Origin: Phallusia mammillata
Lineage: Eukaryota
Assembly: GCA_965637545.1 (NCBI GenBank)
Contig: OZ281497.1
Span: 22,320,001-22,384,000 of the forward strand
Length of the DNA: 64,000 bases
Direction of reading: 5' to 3'
Shown: positions 49,201 to 61,998 of the stretch, one piece after another
How positions within the stretch are numbered: position 1 is the stretch's first letter
Layout of the letters: each line of letters opens with the position of its first letter
Notes under the pieces: generated by a model
Told to the model about the DNA's origin: nothing
Seen by the model: the letters and a program-made list of their open reading frames with translations, nothing else
Database searches by the model: none
Made by a program: the position numbers and the translations under genes

Positions 49201-52200
49201 ATTATGATTACGGTCAACCACATATTGTTGCCAATGCTTGCGAACGCCGGTTAAAGCGTTTTCCGCCCGTTAGACAAGGTCGACCAAAGGAACTTATGAA
49301 TTTTTCTGACTTGCTTGAAAAATGCCGTAGTTCTCTGGAAGACAGCCAAGAGTTCGCAAGTTTAAACTCACTAGATGCGTTGAAGCAACTCATCCGGAAA
49401 CTTCCATTTCAGCATCGAGAGAGATGGGTGGAACACTCTTTCCAGGTGCTTGAGGAAACCGGGAGACAAGCTGGATACCTTGCGTTTACAAGTTTCGTTG
49501 TGCGGTGCGCCCGTGTTGCCAATTCACTGTTTGGGTCCGAAGCGGTCTACGAAGTCGTGCGCGAAAAAACGCCAATCGAGCCAAAACGGAGTTCAAGAGC
49601 CGCTACGTACAACGTCTCATCATCGAAGTTTAACAGGGCACGTTCTGACACACCGCCTGTTCCCGCTCCGTGTTGTGTCTGTTGTAAACTGTCACATGAT
49701 TTGTCAACGTGCCCGGACTTCGGCAAAATGACCTTACAAAAACGTCGCGAGGTTGTAACCTCTAATGGCCTTTGTTTTAAATGTCTTTGTTCAGGGCATC
49801 GTTGCGGAAATTGTCCCTGTCGAGAATCGTGCTCCGTTGAGGGTTGCATTAGCACCTTTCATCATACGAAGCTGCATGGTGCATTTCAAAGGAAACAGGT
49901 CGTCGGAAATGATGAGAACCCTGTCATGGAAACGACTACCCAAACGGTTTCTAGTATGAAGGCGTCCACCAGTAACTGCGGAGTCTACCTCAACGTCGTG
50001 CCGGTGAAAGTCAGACATAACGGTATCGAGGTAAATACGTATGCCTTCCTGGATCAAGGCTCTACTTCAACATTTTGCGAACAACGACTAATTGACAAAC
50101 TCGGCCTACAGTGTAAGGGTCGAAAAATATGCTTAAGCACGCTTACCGATCAATCTCGAGTGTATCAAGGTTCCACGATCTCTTTCACTGTTACTCCGCT
50201 TGGTGGAGGAAAACCTCTGGTCCTTAACGAAGTCCTGTCTATTGATAAAATTCCTGTATCGCCAAATTGCTTCCCTACGCCAAATGTTCTTCACAAATAT
50301 CCACATCTCCAAAATCTAAACCTGCCTTATTTGGAAGGAGGAACAGTCACGATTCTCATAGGCGCTGATGTTCCTGCAGCCTTTAACGTGCTGTGTACGC
50401 GTTCAGACCCACAGGGGGTCCGTGTGCTGTAAAAACCCCTCTTGGCTGGTCACTCTTTGGTCCTACATTTGATTCGTCCGCCACAGATGAGGCTCACGTT
50501 CGATACATGAAAGTGGCCCGGGTCATGCACCAACAGGCGGTCAAGTGTCTGTGGGAAAACGAATTTGGTGACGGGACCTCGGTATTCGATGCGCCTACAT
50601 CCAGAGAAGATCGGATGGCATACGACTTAATGAAAAGGTCTGTCAAACACCGCGATGATCATTTTCAACTTCCGTTGCCGTGGAAGGCTGGGCTAGAAAC
50701 GCTACCAGCCAGCCGCACAATGGCTGACAAACGTCTGGCCAGTTTAAAAGGACGGTTGTTACGCAACGAAGACCTCTGTAAAAAGTATGTAGATACAGTG
50801 CAGACCTGCATATAAAGAGGTTATGCGGAAGAGGTCCCTGAAAAAGAAATATCTATTGGCAAGCACATCTGGTATTTGCCACACCATCCCGTGTTTAATC
50901 CCCATAAGCCGGACAAGCTGCGTGTTGTTTTTGATTGTGCTGCTCAGAGTAAAGGAGTATCCCTTAATGACAGTCTTATGCAGGGTCCTGACTTGGTGAA
51001 TAACTTGGTAGGAGTTCTGACCCGTTTTCGAACACATCCCGTTGCCCTAATTGCCGACATTGAGGCAATGTTCCATCAGGTGCGCGTGGAACCCACTGAT
51101 CGCGATGCTCTCCGTTTCCTGTGGTGGCATGATGGGAATTTGAGCTGCTCCCCGACACCTCATCGGATGAAAGTGCACTTGTTTGGTGCGACATCGTCCC
51201 CTAGCTGCGCTTCTTTCTGTTTAAGGCAAACTGGGGAAGAATTTGGCAGTGACTTCGACAGTCGTGTTCGTTCGACTGTTCTGCGTAATTTTTACGTTGA
51301 TGATTGTCTAACATCTGTTGACAGTGCAGATGCTGCGATTGTTGTTCGTCAACAGCTAAAGGATCTGTTATCCAGAGGAGGATTTCGCCTTACGAAGTGG
51401 CTTTCTAACGAAACTCTGGTTTTAGACTCAATTCCCGAGGATGATCGTGCGAAGATTGTAAAATTACACTGTCTTGACGACACGACGCAGCAACGAGTCC
51501 TCGGGGTGCATTGGTCCGCGTTCGATGATGTATTTGGGTTCAAAATTGAACTACCGAGGAGGCCACATACGCGCAGAGGAATTCTCTCGACTGTCAGTTC
51601 ACTATACGATCCACTGGGATTTGTTGCTCCTGTGGTTTTAACTGCAAAATTGCTACTGCAGGAATTGTGTAAACTGCAGTTGGATTGGGATGATGATGTT
51701 CCTGAAATGGTTTCATGTCAATGGAAAAAGTGGCTCGATGACCTTCCGAATTTGCGTGACGTTGCCATCCCACGCTGCTTTAAGACATTGGTCTTAAGGG
51801 CACCACTCACATACGAGCTGCATCATTTTGCCGACGCTTCGAGGTTAGCATACGGCGCTGTGTCATATATGCGAATCGTAGACGGGAACAGAGCAGTCAA
51901 ATGCTCATTTCTTATTGGAAAATCCAGACTGGCTCCGCTGAGTACCACGACAATCCCGCGACTTGAATTGACCGCCGCTGTGCTTGCTGCAAAACTTGAT
52001 CGCTTGATGAGAAAGGAACTGGACTTGCCAATTACCCGTTCAACCTTCTGGAGTGATTCCACTGCTGTTTTACATAGCATCCGTAATGCTACGAAACGTT
52101 TTCCTGTGTTTATAGCCAACCGTTTGGCCGAGATAGAGAGGTTGACTGACGTTTCTCGCTGGAGGTACGTTCCAACTAAAGAAAACCCTGCAGACGATGC

Positions 52201-55200
52201 TTCCAGAGGATTACCTGCCACATCTTTCGTCGGGTCATGTCGCTGGTTAAAAGGGCCGTCGTTCCTTTTGCAGTCGGAAGAAAATTGGCCTGTGCAATCA
52301 GTGCCAACCCCTGAAGTTCCCGAAGAATTTAAGCCTCTTATCGAAAGGACTGCTGGGTCTTTTGCAGTCGATGTTTCAAGATCGACTTTTTCTGTTGATC
52401 GCATTGTCCAGCATTACTCAAATCTGCATCGGCTAAAGAAAGCAGTGGCTTGGTTGATCAGATTTAAGGCTTATCTGAGTCCTGGGATGAGACAGTCAAT
52501 CAAAAGCACTGCTCTTGATGTGTGTGAACTTGAAAATGCTGAATTGGAACTTGTCAAGTATGTGCAACGGAAACACTTCGGCTCACTGCTATCGTCTTTG
52601 ACTCAACGAGGCTGTCCGAAAAGGTCCGATTGCAGTTCCGCAGTGTACAAGTTAAACCCTATCCTCAAAGATCAACTCATTCGTGTTGGAGGGCGTTTAG
52701 CAAAGGCTCCTGTTGACTACAATTCCCGCCACCCTGCAATTCTGCCTGATCCTTCACATCTTACTGACCTATTGATTCAGGCGCACCATGAAAGCGTTGG
52801 ACACTCTGGTTTAGCGCACACTTGGACATCTATTAGAAAAAAATACTGGATTGCAAAGGGCGGCGTTGCTGTTCGTCGCGTTCTCGGAAGATGTTTGCCC
52901 TGTCGTCGTCGCAGTGCTAGACCAGGACAGCAAATGATGGCTGATCTACCACCGGCTCGTCTTGGTGTTGCTGAACCTCCGTTATCAAATGTCGGAATTG
53001 ATTATTTTGGACCATTTTTGGGGAAACAAGGGCGCAGTGAAATTAGACGGTACGGCTGCATATTCACTTGTCTTACAATCCGTGCTGTACACTTGGAAGT
53101 CGCCCACAGTTTGTCTACCGATTCGTTTATTACTGGTCTTCGTCGTTTCATCGGGCGCCGTGGAGCACCCGTTCACGTCTACAGCGATAACGGCACAAAC
53201 TTTGTTGGCGCAGAGCGCATCCTGCGAGAGTCACTACGAGACTGGAACCAGTGTCAAATAACTGAATTTCTCCACCAGAAAGGAACGTCGTGGACTTTCA
53301 ATCCCCCTGCTGCGAGCCACATGGGTGGTGCATGGGAACGGATGATACGGTCTGTTCGCCGAATCCTGTCTTCAATTACGTCCTCCCAAGTGATGACCGA
53401 CGAAGCTTTGGAGACATTGCTTGTGGAAGCTGAGGCTATAATCAATTCTAGACCCCTGATACCTGTTAGGTTTGATCACAGGGATGAAGAACCGCTGACC
53501 CCGAATCATCTGTTGCTGATGAGAGGTTCCCCGAATATGCCACCGACAATTACCGATGCGAAGGACTGCTACACAAGACGTCGTTGGCGGCAAGTACAGT
53601 TTCTAGCCGACCAGTTCTGGCGCCGATTTGTGCAGGAGTACTTGCCCGCCGTTGCTACTCGTTCCAAATGGCACGAGAGCCAGTCGAACTTTAAGAAGGA
53701 CGACATCGTTCTACTGGTTGACGATTCAAAATAAATGCCGTTCAAGGTGGTTGATTGGACGCGTTGTCCGAACTTATCCCGACGAATCTCAAAAGGTACG
53801 CACTGTGCTCGTACGGACGAGCGGTGGTGTGCTCCAACGGCCGATCGCCAAGCTTTGCCGCATCGTTGATTCTGACGAGAGCTTAACACCGACCTCGCCG
53901 AGCATTCGCAGCTCGGACTGCTAGATGGAAGCCAAATTGAGTTTTCATAACAATAACTGTCCGACAAGAAATCATCGCCTCATTGCGATGCACGCGCGAT
54001 TGGCGATGTTGTGTTTGAAAAAAATGTGTCACGTTGTTCCCACATTTTGGGTGGGAGTGTTACATCGCCTTGTACATATGTTTATGTTTTCTGTGTTTCC
54101 CGCCAGTAGCCTTGATTCGTGTGTATGACGCAGTGTTGTGCAACCTGATACATTGTCTGACACACTATCGGTGATTGTGATGTCACAACTTTGACATTGT
54201 TTATTGGTATCACGTCTTGTAAGCAAGACCGCCTCGTGTTTATTAGTGACTGGAACTTACAGCGTCTGCATGCGTTTTTCAACTGGTCATTTATGTTTGT
54301 TTTTTGTGTAACAAACAGGAAAATTATGCTGTTTAGAAACTGAATCGTCCAATGTGTGACTTGTATATTTAGTGATCGGTAAGCATATGTTTAAACCTTG
54401 TTGTGACCTTTTGGATTTGAATTTATATGAAACCTGTATTCAGACGTGAATTCCGCCGTCGTCCAACCCCGTGTTATTCTGAACCGAACTGTGTTATTCC
54501 GGTAAGATTATTGTTGCTTAAGTTTGCCGTCAGTCACTAGTGTGATTAAGTGATGTTTATATGTGATGTTATTAGATGCTGTGTTTACAGACCTTCTACT
54601 GATCGCTTGCATTTAAACGACTCCAGTCCTTTAATAGTTTGGTAAGCGTAAATGTCATTGAAATTCTCCTTCTGTTGCCTTGTCTTAATTTGAACATTTT
54701 TTGTAGAAACCGCCTTTTGACCCCTTGTACTCGCCGTGCTGTCATACTCTCGAGCGCCATCTTTCGGCTATATTGTAAAATAAAGAGTTCGTTATATAGC
54801 TGCTGGCGTCTTGGAGTTTGAGCGCAAGGAAAGGCGCGTTAAAGACAATTTTAGGAACACAAGCGATCGCCCCTGTTGTGCTGTCTGGAGGCGCATGGAG
54901 TCACGCCTTCCGATAATTAAAGACAGCGCAACAAAAATATTGCTTGCTTTTATATCACCGTAAATAAATTTCTTTTGGGAATCGAAGGTGTGCAAGTAGC
55001 TAATAGCGTCTGATAGTTGATGGATCAACTTTAAGCCAGTACTTCGTGAAAATCGAATTTGTTTGTCTTCGATCAAATTTGCCAAGTTTTTTCCACCGAC
55101 GTACTGAAGTATGAGTCCGACGTTGCTGTTCCATTTTGTAACGGCGCATACCTCCACGATGTATGAGTGGTTTAGCCTTGCTAATACATGTGCTTCAGTC

Positions 55201-55623
55201 TTAAACCTAACAATACAAACAAAAGCATGTTTTTTACCTTTTATTACATCGTATTTTTGTAGGTTGGATTTGTGACATAATTTTGGCAAGTATAAAAATC
55301 TGCAATAAAGTGTTGACTTACGAATTCCAGCTAGAAATCATATCTTCGGGGGTGCCAGTCAGTTCAGTACACCTAACAGCAACTTCTCCCAACCCGTCGT
55401 GATAACAGCGACGTACAGCACCAAAACTCCCGGACCCAATGTAATCCACTTTATTATGACTGGTTTTCAAATCGCTTGCTGCCAACTCCGACAATTCATG
55501 AGGCAACTCGCTCATCTGTAAATCAACAAAACTTATCTGTTTGCATTATATAGGATTTTAGATAAAGTACATTATTCTCACCAGGCACTTTTCCATTTCC
55601 ACTTTGGTTTGCGCTGACGCCAT
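46245..55623 (-). pseudogene. TKL kinase type B, copy B4, exon 3 interrupted by a BEL/Pao element
   Basis: Exons 55623-55582, 55515-55322, 55206-54934 // 47062-46878, 46728-46526, 46399-46245. The insertion follows YGDIKASNI. Confidence 0.9.
47063..54933 (+). mobile_element. BEL/Pao LTR retrotransposon, full length, defective
   Basis: 876-bp TG..CA LTRs at 47063-47938 and 54058-54933 (four transitions seen); 5-bp TSD AAAAT; purine-rich tract before the 3' LTR. Gag (KFDGDPLNY, Cys/His knuckles), protease (FLDQGST), RT (RVVFDCAA, ADIEAMF, FYVDD), RNase H (FADAS) and integrase (HHCC, DYFGP, SDNGTNF) lie in ORFs 47982-50432, 50393-50815, 50876-53734 and 53628-53924. Confidence 0.95.
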
Positions 55624-56453
55624 TTTCACTGTCACAATTTGTTACGCTTTGTCTGGCCTTTTGTCTGCAAAGTAACGTGAAACCGAAGTGTTTTTGCAAC
55701 TTTTGAAGTGCGATACAGTACATTGGAAGTATATAATTCGTTACAGGTAACTCTATTTCTGCCGAGTCTTATATATTTAAAATTTAAAATTGTGTTTGTA
55801 TTAATATTATTGTATCACTGGACATAATTGTAAAATGAGGATTTAAATTCTTGTTCTTTAAAAACCCTGCAGGTGTGGAACAAGTATTTCGAGGGCTATG
55901 CTTTAGTGCAGGGGTTCTTAACCTGGGTTGCACGCACCCCCAAGGGGTGCGAGAACTGTTCCTAGGGGGTGCGGGGATGCTGAATCATTAGGGTTGGTTA
56001 GGTCTATTCTATTTAAGCAATTACAGAAGGGGGAGCGAAAATTGGTTAGTGATTTGCAAGGGGGTGCGAAAATTGGTTGGTGATTTGAAAGGGCTGCAGC
56101 AAGGAAAAAAGGTTAAGAACCACTGCTTTAGTGGTTATGTATGTAACGTCGACTTGTTACCTGTAGAACAGGCAAAGCTTAAATTAAACTGAATCAGTTT
56201 AACTGATTAACTGATTCATAATGCAGTGTGAATATTTCTGTACCTACAGTTGTGAATGATTTGGTAATGAATTATACAAATCTATATTTTTAAATGTTTA
56301 ATTAAAACTAAGATTCAAAAGTTTGATTTTTGCAGGCCTTATTTGTAGCGATTGTTGGTTTTCTGTTGACTGTTTTCTAATTTCAGTTTCAGCTCTGCTC
56401 GAATTGAATGATAAAAGTTTGTTGGACTGTAATTCCAAATTGATGTAAAAGCT
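55624..56453. promoter_or_regulatory. Putative bidirectional promoter between B4 and C4, with a MITE insertion
   Basis: Homologous to 20222-20812 apart from the MITE. Confidence 0.45.
55909..56125. mobile_element. hAT-type MITE (GGTTCTTAACC family)
   Basis: TIR CAGGGGTTCTTAACCT / AGGTTAAGAACCACTG; perfect TSD CTTTAGTG; absent in the B2-C1 interval. Confidence 0.9.
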
Positions 56454-59111
56454 ATGCAAACTGATGTAAGTTTACAAACTTCGCCTATTTTTTATATATT
56501 GTGTGAAAATGTGTGTATGGCAACCGAAATGTATTAATAAAATAAGAAAAGATGCTTAATATGTTACCTATGCAAGCTTTTAACTGTTGACATAACTGTG
56601 CTTATAAATAAGATGTTGCATAGTATAAAGATGTTTGCCGGTTACAATTCGACGCACACAAAAAACGATAGTACTAATTAATTCAATGCTTTTCCAACCG
56701 GAGTATATATTGTTTCATAAATATATTTAGCGTTGACCGCAAATTGCTTGAAAAAATCTTGTGTGGATCGTTATGACACAACATACAAAAGTTCGAGAAC
56801 AACTGTACCAAAAAAATCTTGCTAATCTAGAGTAGAGGTTCTCGAACGTTTTTCAATAGGACCCAAATATTTTAAATTCTAATTTTAACATGTTTTCGGC
56901 CCATAGATATATACAGTTTTATTTCTAACAGAAATGGGCGTGTCATAACAATTTTCATGTAACCCAGGTTAGGGTCACGTTTAATACTTTGGGAAACACT
57001 GGTCCAGAGGACTGTATCTACTAGGACCTAGTAACTAGATGTTGTTGTAATTGATGGCCGTTTATGTTGTAAAATTGATTTAGGCTGATTTGCCAGGAGT
57101 TTCGCAAAGAGTACCCAAGATTTCAGCTGATGAGTTGGTTACTAGTCGGAATTCGAAAGATTTTCTCGGTAACGGAGCTTTTGCTTGTGTGCGAAGGTGC
57201 AAGTACAACAACGATGTTGTGGCTGCAAAGTGCTACAGCCTAACATTTAGCGGCGATGAATTAGAATCCAAAACTAATGGGTATGCTAACATTTGAGTTT
57301 TGTTTAAATTACCTGTCTTTCGTTGTTCGACGACTTATATGTGTTTTGTAATTCAGGTTTCTGGCAGAAGTAAATTTCTTGGCCGGAATCAACAACATAC
57401 ATATTGTCAAAGTGTTTGGATACACCATTTGGAAAACGTGCAACGTGGCAATCGTCATGGAGTACGTGCAGGGGAAAAATCTAAAGTTCTATTTGCACCA
57501 TAACCCGATTAGGGGTATACCTTGGCCAATTCGGTTAAAGATTGCTTACCAACTTTCTTTAGCTTTGAAATATTTGCACAATTATCAGCCAGATCATTCA
57601 CTTCGTCATGGAGATGTCAAACCAGAAAACATAATTATCACCAATGAATGTGTGCGAAAATTGACCGATTTTGGGGCGGCACAGATCACTGGAGCTACTG
57701 GTCTTGACACAAGCACATCCGAGGTTCCTACGGCTGGCCAGTACTCAATATTATATGCTCCTCCCGAAGTTGAAAACCTAAATGTGCTTGGCCACATGTA
57801 CAGGTATTTAAACTCTGGGAAAATGTATTTGTGAAATGTAATGGTGTGTCATGTTGCTGAGTAAACCAAAAAATGGTTGTTTTATTATAGTTTTGTTGTA
57901 ATCTTAACGTTGCAGCTTTGCCATGGTGGTTTATGAGATCATTACCAGAATCACACCATTTTCGGAGTGTAAATGTCACCCATCAGTCTTATTAGCATCA
58001 AAACAAAACGGGAAAAAACCTACTAAGGAACTTGATGAAGTTGGATCCAATTTAAGTTCCGAATTGCAACCTTTCTATGAAGGTCTAATGCATATCATGA
58101 AGAAATGCTGGGATAAAACTCCAGAGACCACTGGACTGCTTCACAAGGTAACTACTGTGATGTGCGAGTAAAATTACAATTTACCGAAACGATGGATGTG
58201 CTGTTTAACAGTTGTTGAATATTTGGAAATAAATTTTAAAAGCCAGCTTGAAAGCGAAATTGGCGGAGATTTATATGAGCATCTTACCGACATCAGTTTT
58301 GAAAGAAATGATGAAAAATTTAAACTGTCAAGGTTTAACGCGCCGTTCCAAGATTGTCCCAAACCAAAAACCAAAGAAGGTAACCAAAATTTGTGAAACA
58401 AAGCACAATTAAAACGGCTTACAAAATTGTTTTGGTTTACAATGTTAATTATTATGATTGCTACATTTTTTAAAATTAGAATCAATAGTACCAGTAGCAG
58501 GATCTCTCTATTTAGCAATTATAAAAGTTGTTTTAAAAATATATATTTTTAGTAACGCCATTAAGAAAAATAATATTTTGAAACGATTTCAGCGGTGTTT
58601 TAATAAAAGTATTTCGACTATGATAGACTTTCCTTTGTTTAATAGTGTCCCGTCGGAATAATTTTATTGAAATGAGTCCAAATTTACCAGCTACTATACG
58701 TCATATGCAATGGCATGCTGGTAAGTAGATTTTACATATTTATTTTTTTAGTTCAAAAACACTTTGTAAAATAGTTTACAAAAATAAATTTCAAAAATAA
58801 TTGTACCCCTCTCAGATATGGGATCACTGAACTCTCCGGTGGGTATGTGGGATTTTCCGTCGCACCAGTTTACAATGAACATTCACATCTGGCGACCGGA
58901 TTTGAAACCAGGAAGTACGATATATCATACTTTTAGTGAAGGAAATCGGTGGAGAGTTTTCATAGATGGTAACCAAGGCACTTTTGTCACTGGCTTCATA
59001 GACAAAATCAATACATATGATATCGCAGTCCCGACCGACACATTCGAAATATCCTCGGCTCTTCAACGCATTTTTCCGAGTGCCAGTGTCGGTAGTATCA
59101 CACTTATTTAA
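56454..59111 (+). pseudogene. TKL kinase type C, copy C4. Exons 56454-56465, 57084-57280, 57357-57803, 57916-~58148, 58212-58379, 58816-59111
   Basis: Motifs LGNGAFA, HGDVKPEN, DFG, YAPPE. Subdomain IX Asp is His (GHMYS), and a 1-bp deletion near 58125 (GAGACC vs GAAAACC) shifts the frame at the kinase end. Confidence 0.7.
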
Positions 59112-59505
59112 TTCCATCCCATTGGTGATTTAATGGTGTGCCACGTTGTCTTTGCACTTCAAAATGACTCGCAACTTTTGTCACAGAAATGTTCCAATCA
59201 TTGCCTAGGTGTAAACGTTAACAGGTGAAATGGCACATAAATATTCTGTCGAGTCTGTGTATAAGTTCACTCTTTACCAAATGCCCTGTCAAACTATTTT
59301 CGCCAAACGTTAGATTTGTAACCCACTGCGCAAATCGACCATATTTTGCAATTAAACGGTACTTATGTATTTGTTCGTAAACGGTATGTTAGTCAATCTA
59401 TAGAGAATTAACAAAGAACTAAAATTGCAATATATTACAAAGTATGTTGTTACGAGTGGCGTAGAAATGTAAAAATGTCCCCTGTTGCAGTGCTCAAGCA
59501 CGAAC

Positions 59506-60023
59506 TTAAAAGCCTGATGAAAAACAATGCAATATCTTGAGCTCGCATAGCGCATGGGTCCAATAAAAGCTATTACAGGGTACGTTGTAAACCCCTGCAA
59601 ACTGTCGCGACTCCGCCGTCTTTTGGTGCCATAAAGACACGGCAATGCAAGTCGCCGAGCGACCAAAAATGTTTGTGCTGGGCCAACGGAACAGTTTGCC
59701 CGTAATATCATTGCGTGTCGGCGTCATCCAATGTGGCCGTCTGTTGATGATTCCACTCTCGTAACGGACGTGTTTGGTGTCCGGAATCCACCTTCCGTCC
59801 ACCCAGGCTGTTGGAACACCACCCTGTTTCTCTTCCTCCGTAAAAACCGTATTAAAAAATTTGATGGCGGTTTTAAGCTTAATGCTGGTGTCTAATACTG
59901 CTAGGCGTCCACCCACTTCGTCTTCGCAATACCGCTTGGCGCTGTCGTATCGAAACATGTCTTCTGTCGCGTATTTAAAGCAGGAATTTTCGCTTGAAAA
60001 GTGAAACCCATCTGGACAGGACG
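59506..60023 (-). pseudogene. Orphan C-type lectin domain exon
   Basis: After an acceptor TTTAG the exon reads SCPDGF..SENSCFKY..YDSAKRYC..GGRLAVL..WVDG..TCIAV..NVPCNS..ALCE, a CTLD Cys/Trp pattern. No upstream leader exon was found. Confidence 0.75.
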
Positions 60024-61813
60024 CTAAAAATAGTTAAAACATAGCTATTAGATATGCAAACATAAAGCCAGTTTTATTCAAAACAACATGCGTTAAAAAT
60101 AACCTGAGAGTAAAAAAGATAGCGAATCATGTTATTTCATCGTTTTAATAACTACTTGCTCCAAAATTTGCATTTGTCTAATTTTTGCCCCTTCGTTTCC
60201 ACACCTTATCTCATCATTGTTCCGTATCGTTTCTGTATGACGTCCCTCCTGACAAACTGAACCGTTTTCTTCCTTTGCTATTGTAATACAACCTATGATG
60301 ACTACAGCTGTGGTCTGTCATATTTGTATGTGTTTGCAAGTTTTTTTGCAACTTTTCAGTAGTAATCGTATGTACTTGATCTTTGCGTTATAAATTCAAA
60401 GACTTAGTGGCGCTCTTTTTAACTATTTACGGATTCAGTTTGTTAATGGATTCTTTTTGCCGGTATAACACTCTTTAATAAACGACTGAGAATTTGCTTT
60501 TTGCACGTTGAATTAATTCAGCCTGGAAACACATGGACGAATATGAAAACCGTGTTTGTGAGAATCTATTTTGAGTAATCCATGCGTAAAATAAACGTCA
60601 GTATGTAACGTTGTGAATTGTATCCTCTCAGGAATGCGAAATCACTGTTGCAGTTATTATACATATGAGTGCGTAGTTTATTCCACACTGTTGACTTTCT
60701 CACCCTGTACGTATTGAAAATAAACAAACTTCCTGTATATTATGCCAGTGATAGATAATTTTGGTGATTTAGGGGATGTTTTTCAATTTAAGACGAACCG
60801 TAGTAAAGTATTGAGTTGGAAATCTGTTTCGTGAAGTAAAGGCAACCTCTAGCAGAAAGTTATAGACGGCTTGAGTTTATAAAAATTCCGCAAAGGGCTA
60901 GTTATTTAAATGTGATTAACGAAGCAGCAGTAAAACTATTTCAATGTCATGTCTATTTTCTGTATGCTTAAAAACATAGGGTAAATCTTCTCCACTGTTC
61001 ATCATTTGTGCTGTACGATACATAACGTACCTTTCATTCACCGAATTTTAGCTTACGCAAGGGCGAATTGCAAAAGCGTCAATCTAGCTGTTTTGTCAAT
61101 AGCCAACCCTGAAATATAGTGGAAGTTCAGGCCACGCTTTAACACACCAGTTTCAATGGAAACATTTCCAACCTCGTCAAAACCTGCATAGTCGTTGTTT
61201 ATCGGCAAGTTATCGTTTCGAAGTGTAAATATTACAGATTTAGGGGAACCTAAATTAACATTCATCACCGGAACTGGAATTTGTTGAATATTGAATAATC
61301 CAGTAAAGGTTCGAAAAATCGCACGATTTGTTTCAAACCAATCGCTTGGTACACGATTTCCTTTTAAATCAATTTTCTCTGTAACACCCGTTATATTTGT
61401 ATCAGTTGTCGGATTGACTGTCGTGTGCCATAAAAATCCCTTCTCGAAGCTTCCGTCAAGAGAATAAAGCATGCGATTGCCGGATGGAAAGTGGTTTGAT
61501 TTGCTTGTCATCGCCAAGAATCCAAAGCAGTGCTCGGACACTCGAACTACTAAAAAATTAGTAAAAAATCTATTTCGTATGAGTAGATTTTGTTTCTGGT
61601 GGATGTGTTGATGAGATACCTTTGGCTAACAAACACGGACATTTATAACTTTCCGCTTAAAAGGTAAGAGAAATATAAACCTGGATTGTCGTTGTTGACA
61701 GAGAGCTTGGATTGGTGTTGTTGGATTGCGTTGTGAACAGAGCACTCTTCAAATGGAGCTATGAAAGATGATAGTTCTGCCATGCTTTATCCATTGGACT
61801 GATACGGTACGCA

Positions 61814-61998
61814 TATTTCCAAAATGTTTCCGAATTCGAACAACAGGGTATTTTTAGCCAATCACAACAGCGGAAACCTGCGGGTTGTCGTTACGTCACG
61901 TCTAGGTTGCTAAGTGGTGACTTTAACTTCACTATTATCGACGGTTCAAAGTTTTTTGTCAGTTTTGATTTAAAAATACGTTTTGCGGGCCAGAACAA
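61814..61998. mobile_element. 185-bp insertion in A4 exon 5
   Basis: Flanked by the 8-bp direct repeat GGTACGCA; absent from A2; no TIR visible. Confidence 0.6.

Noticed and set aside
48368-52404. Long antisense ORFs inside the BEL/Pao element (197 aa and 193 aa)
   Set aside because: Shadows of gag-pol with no independent motifs.
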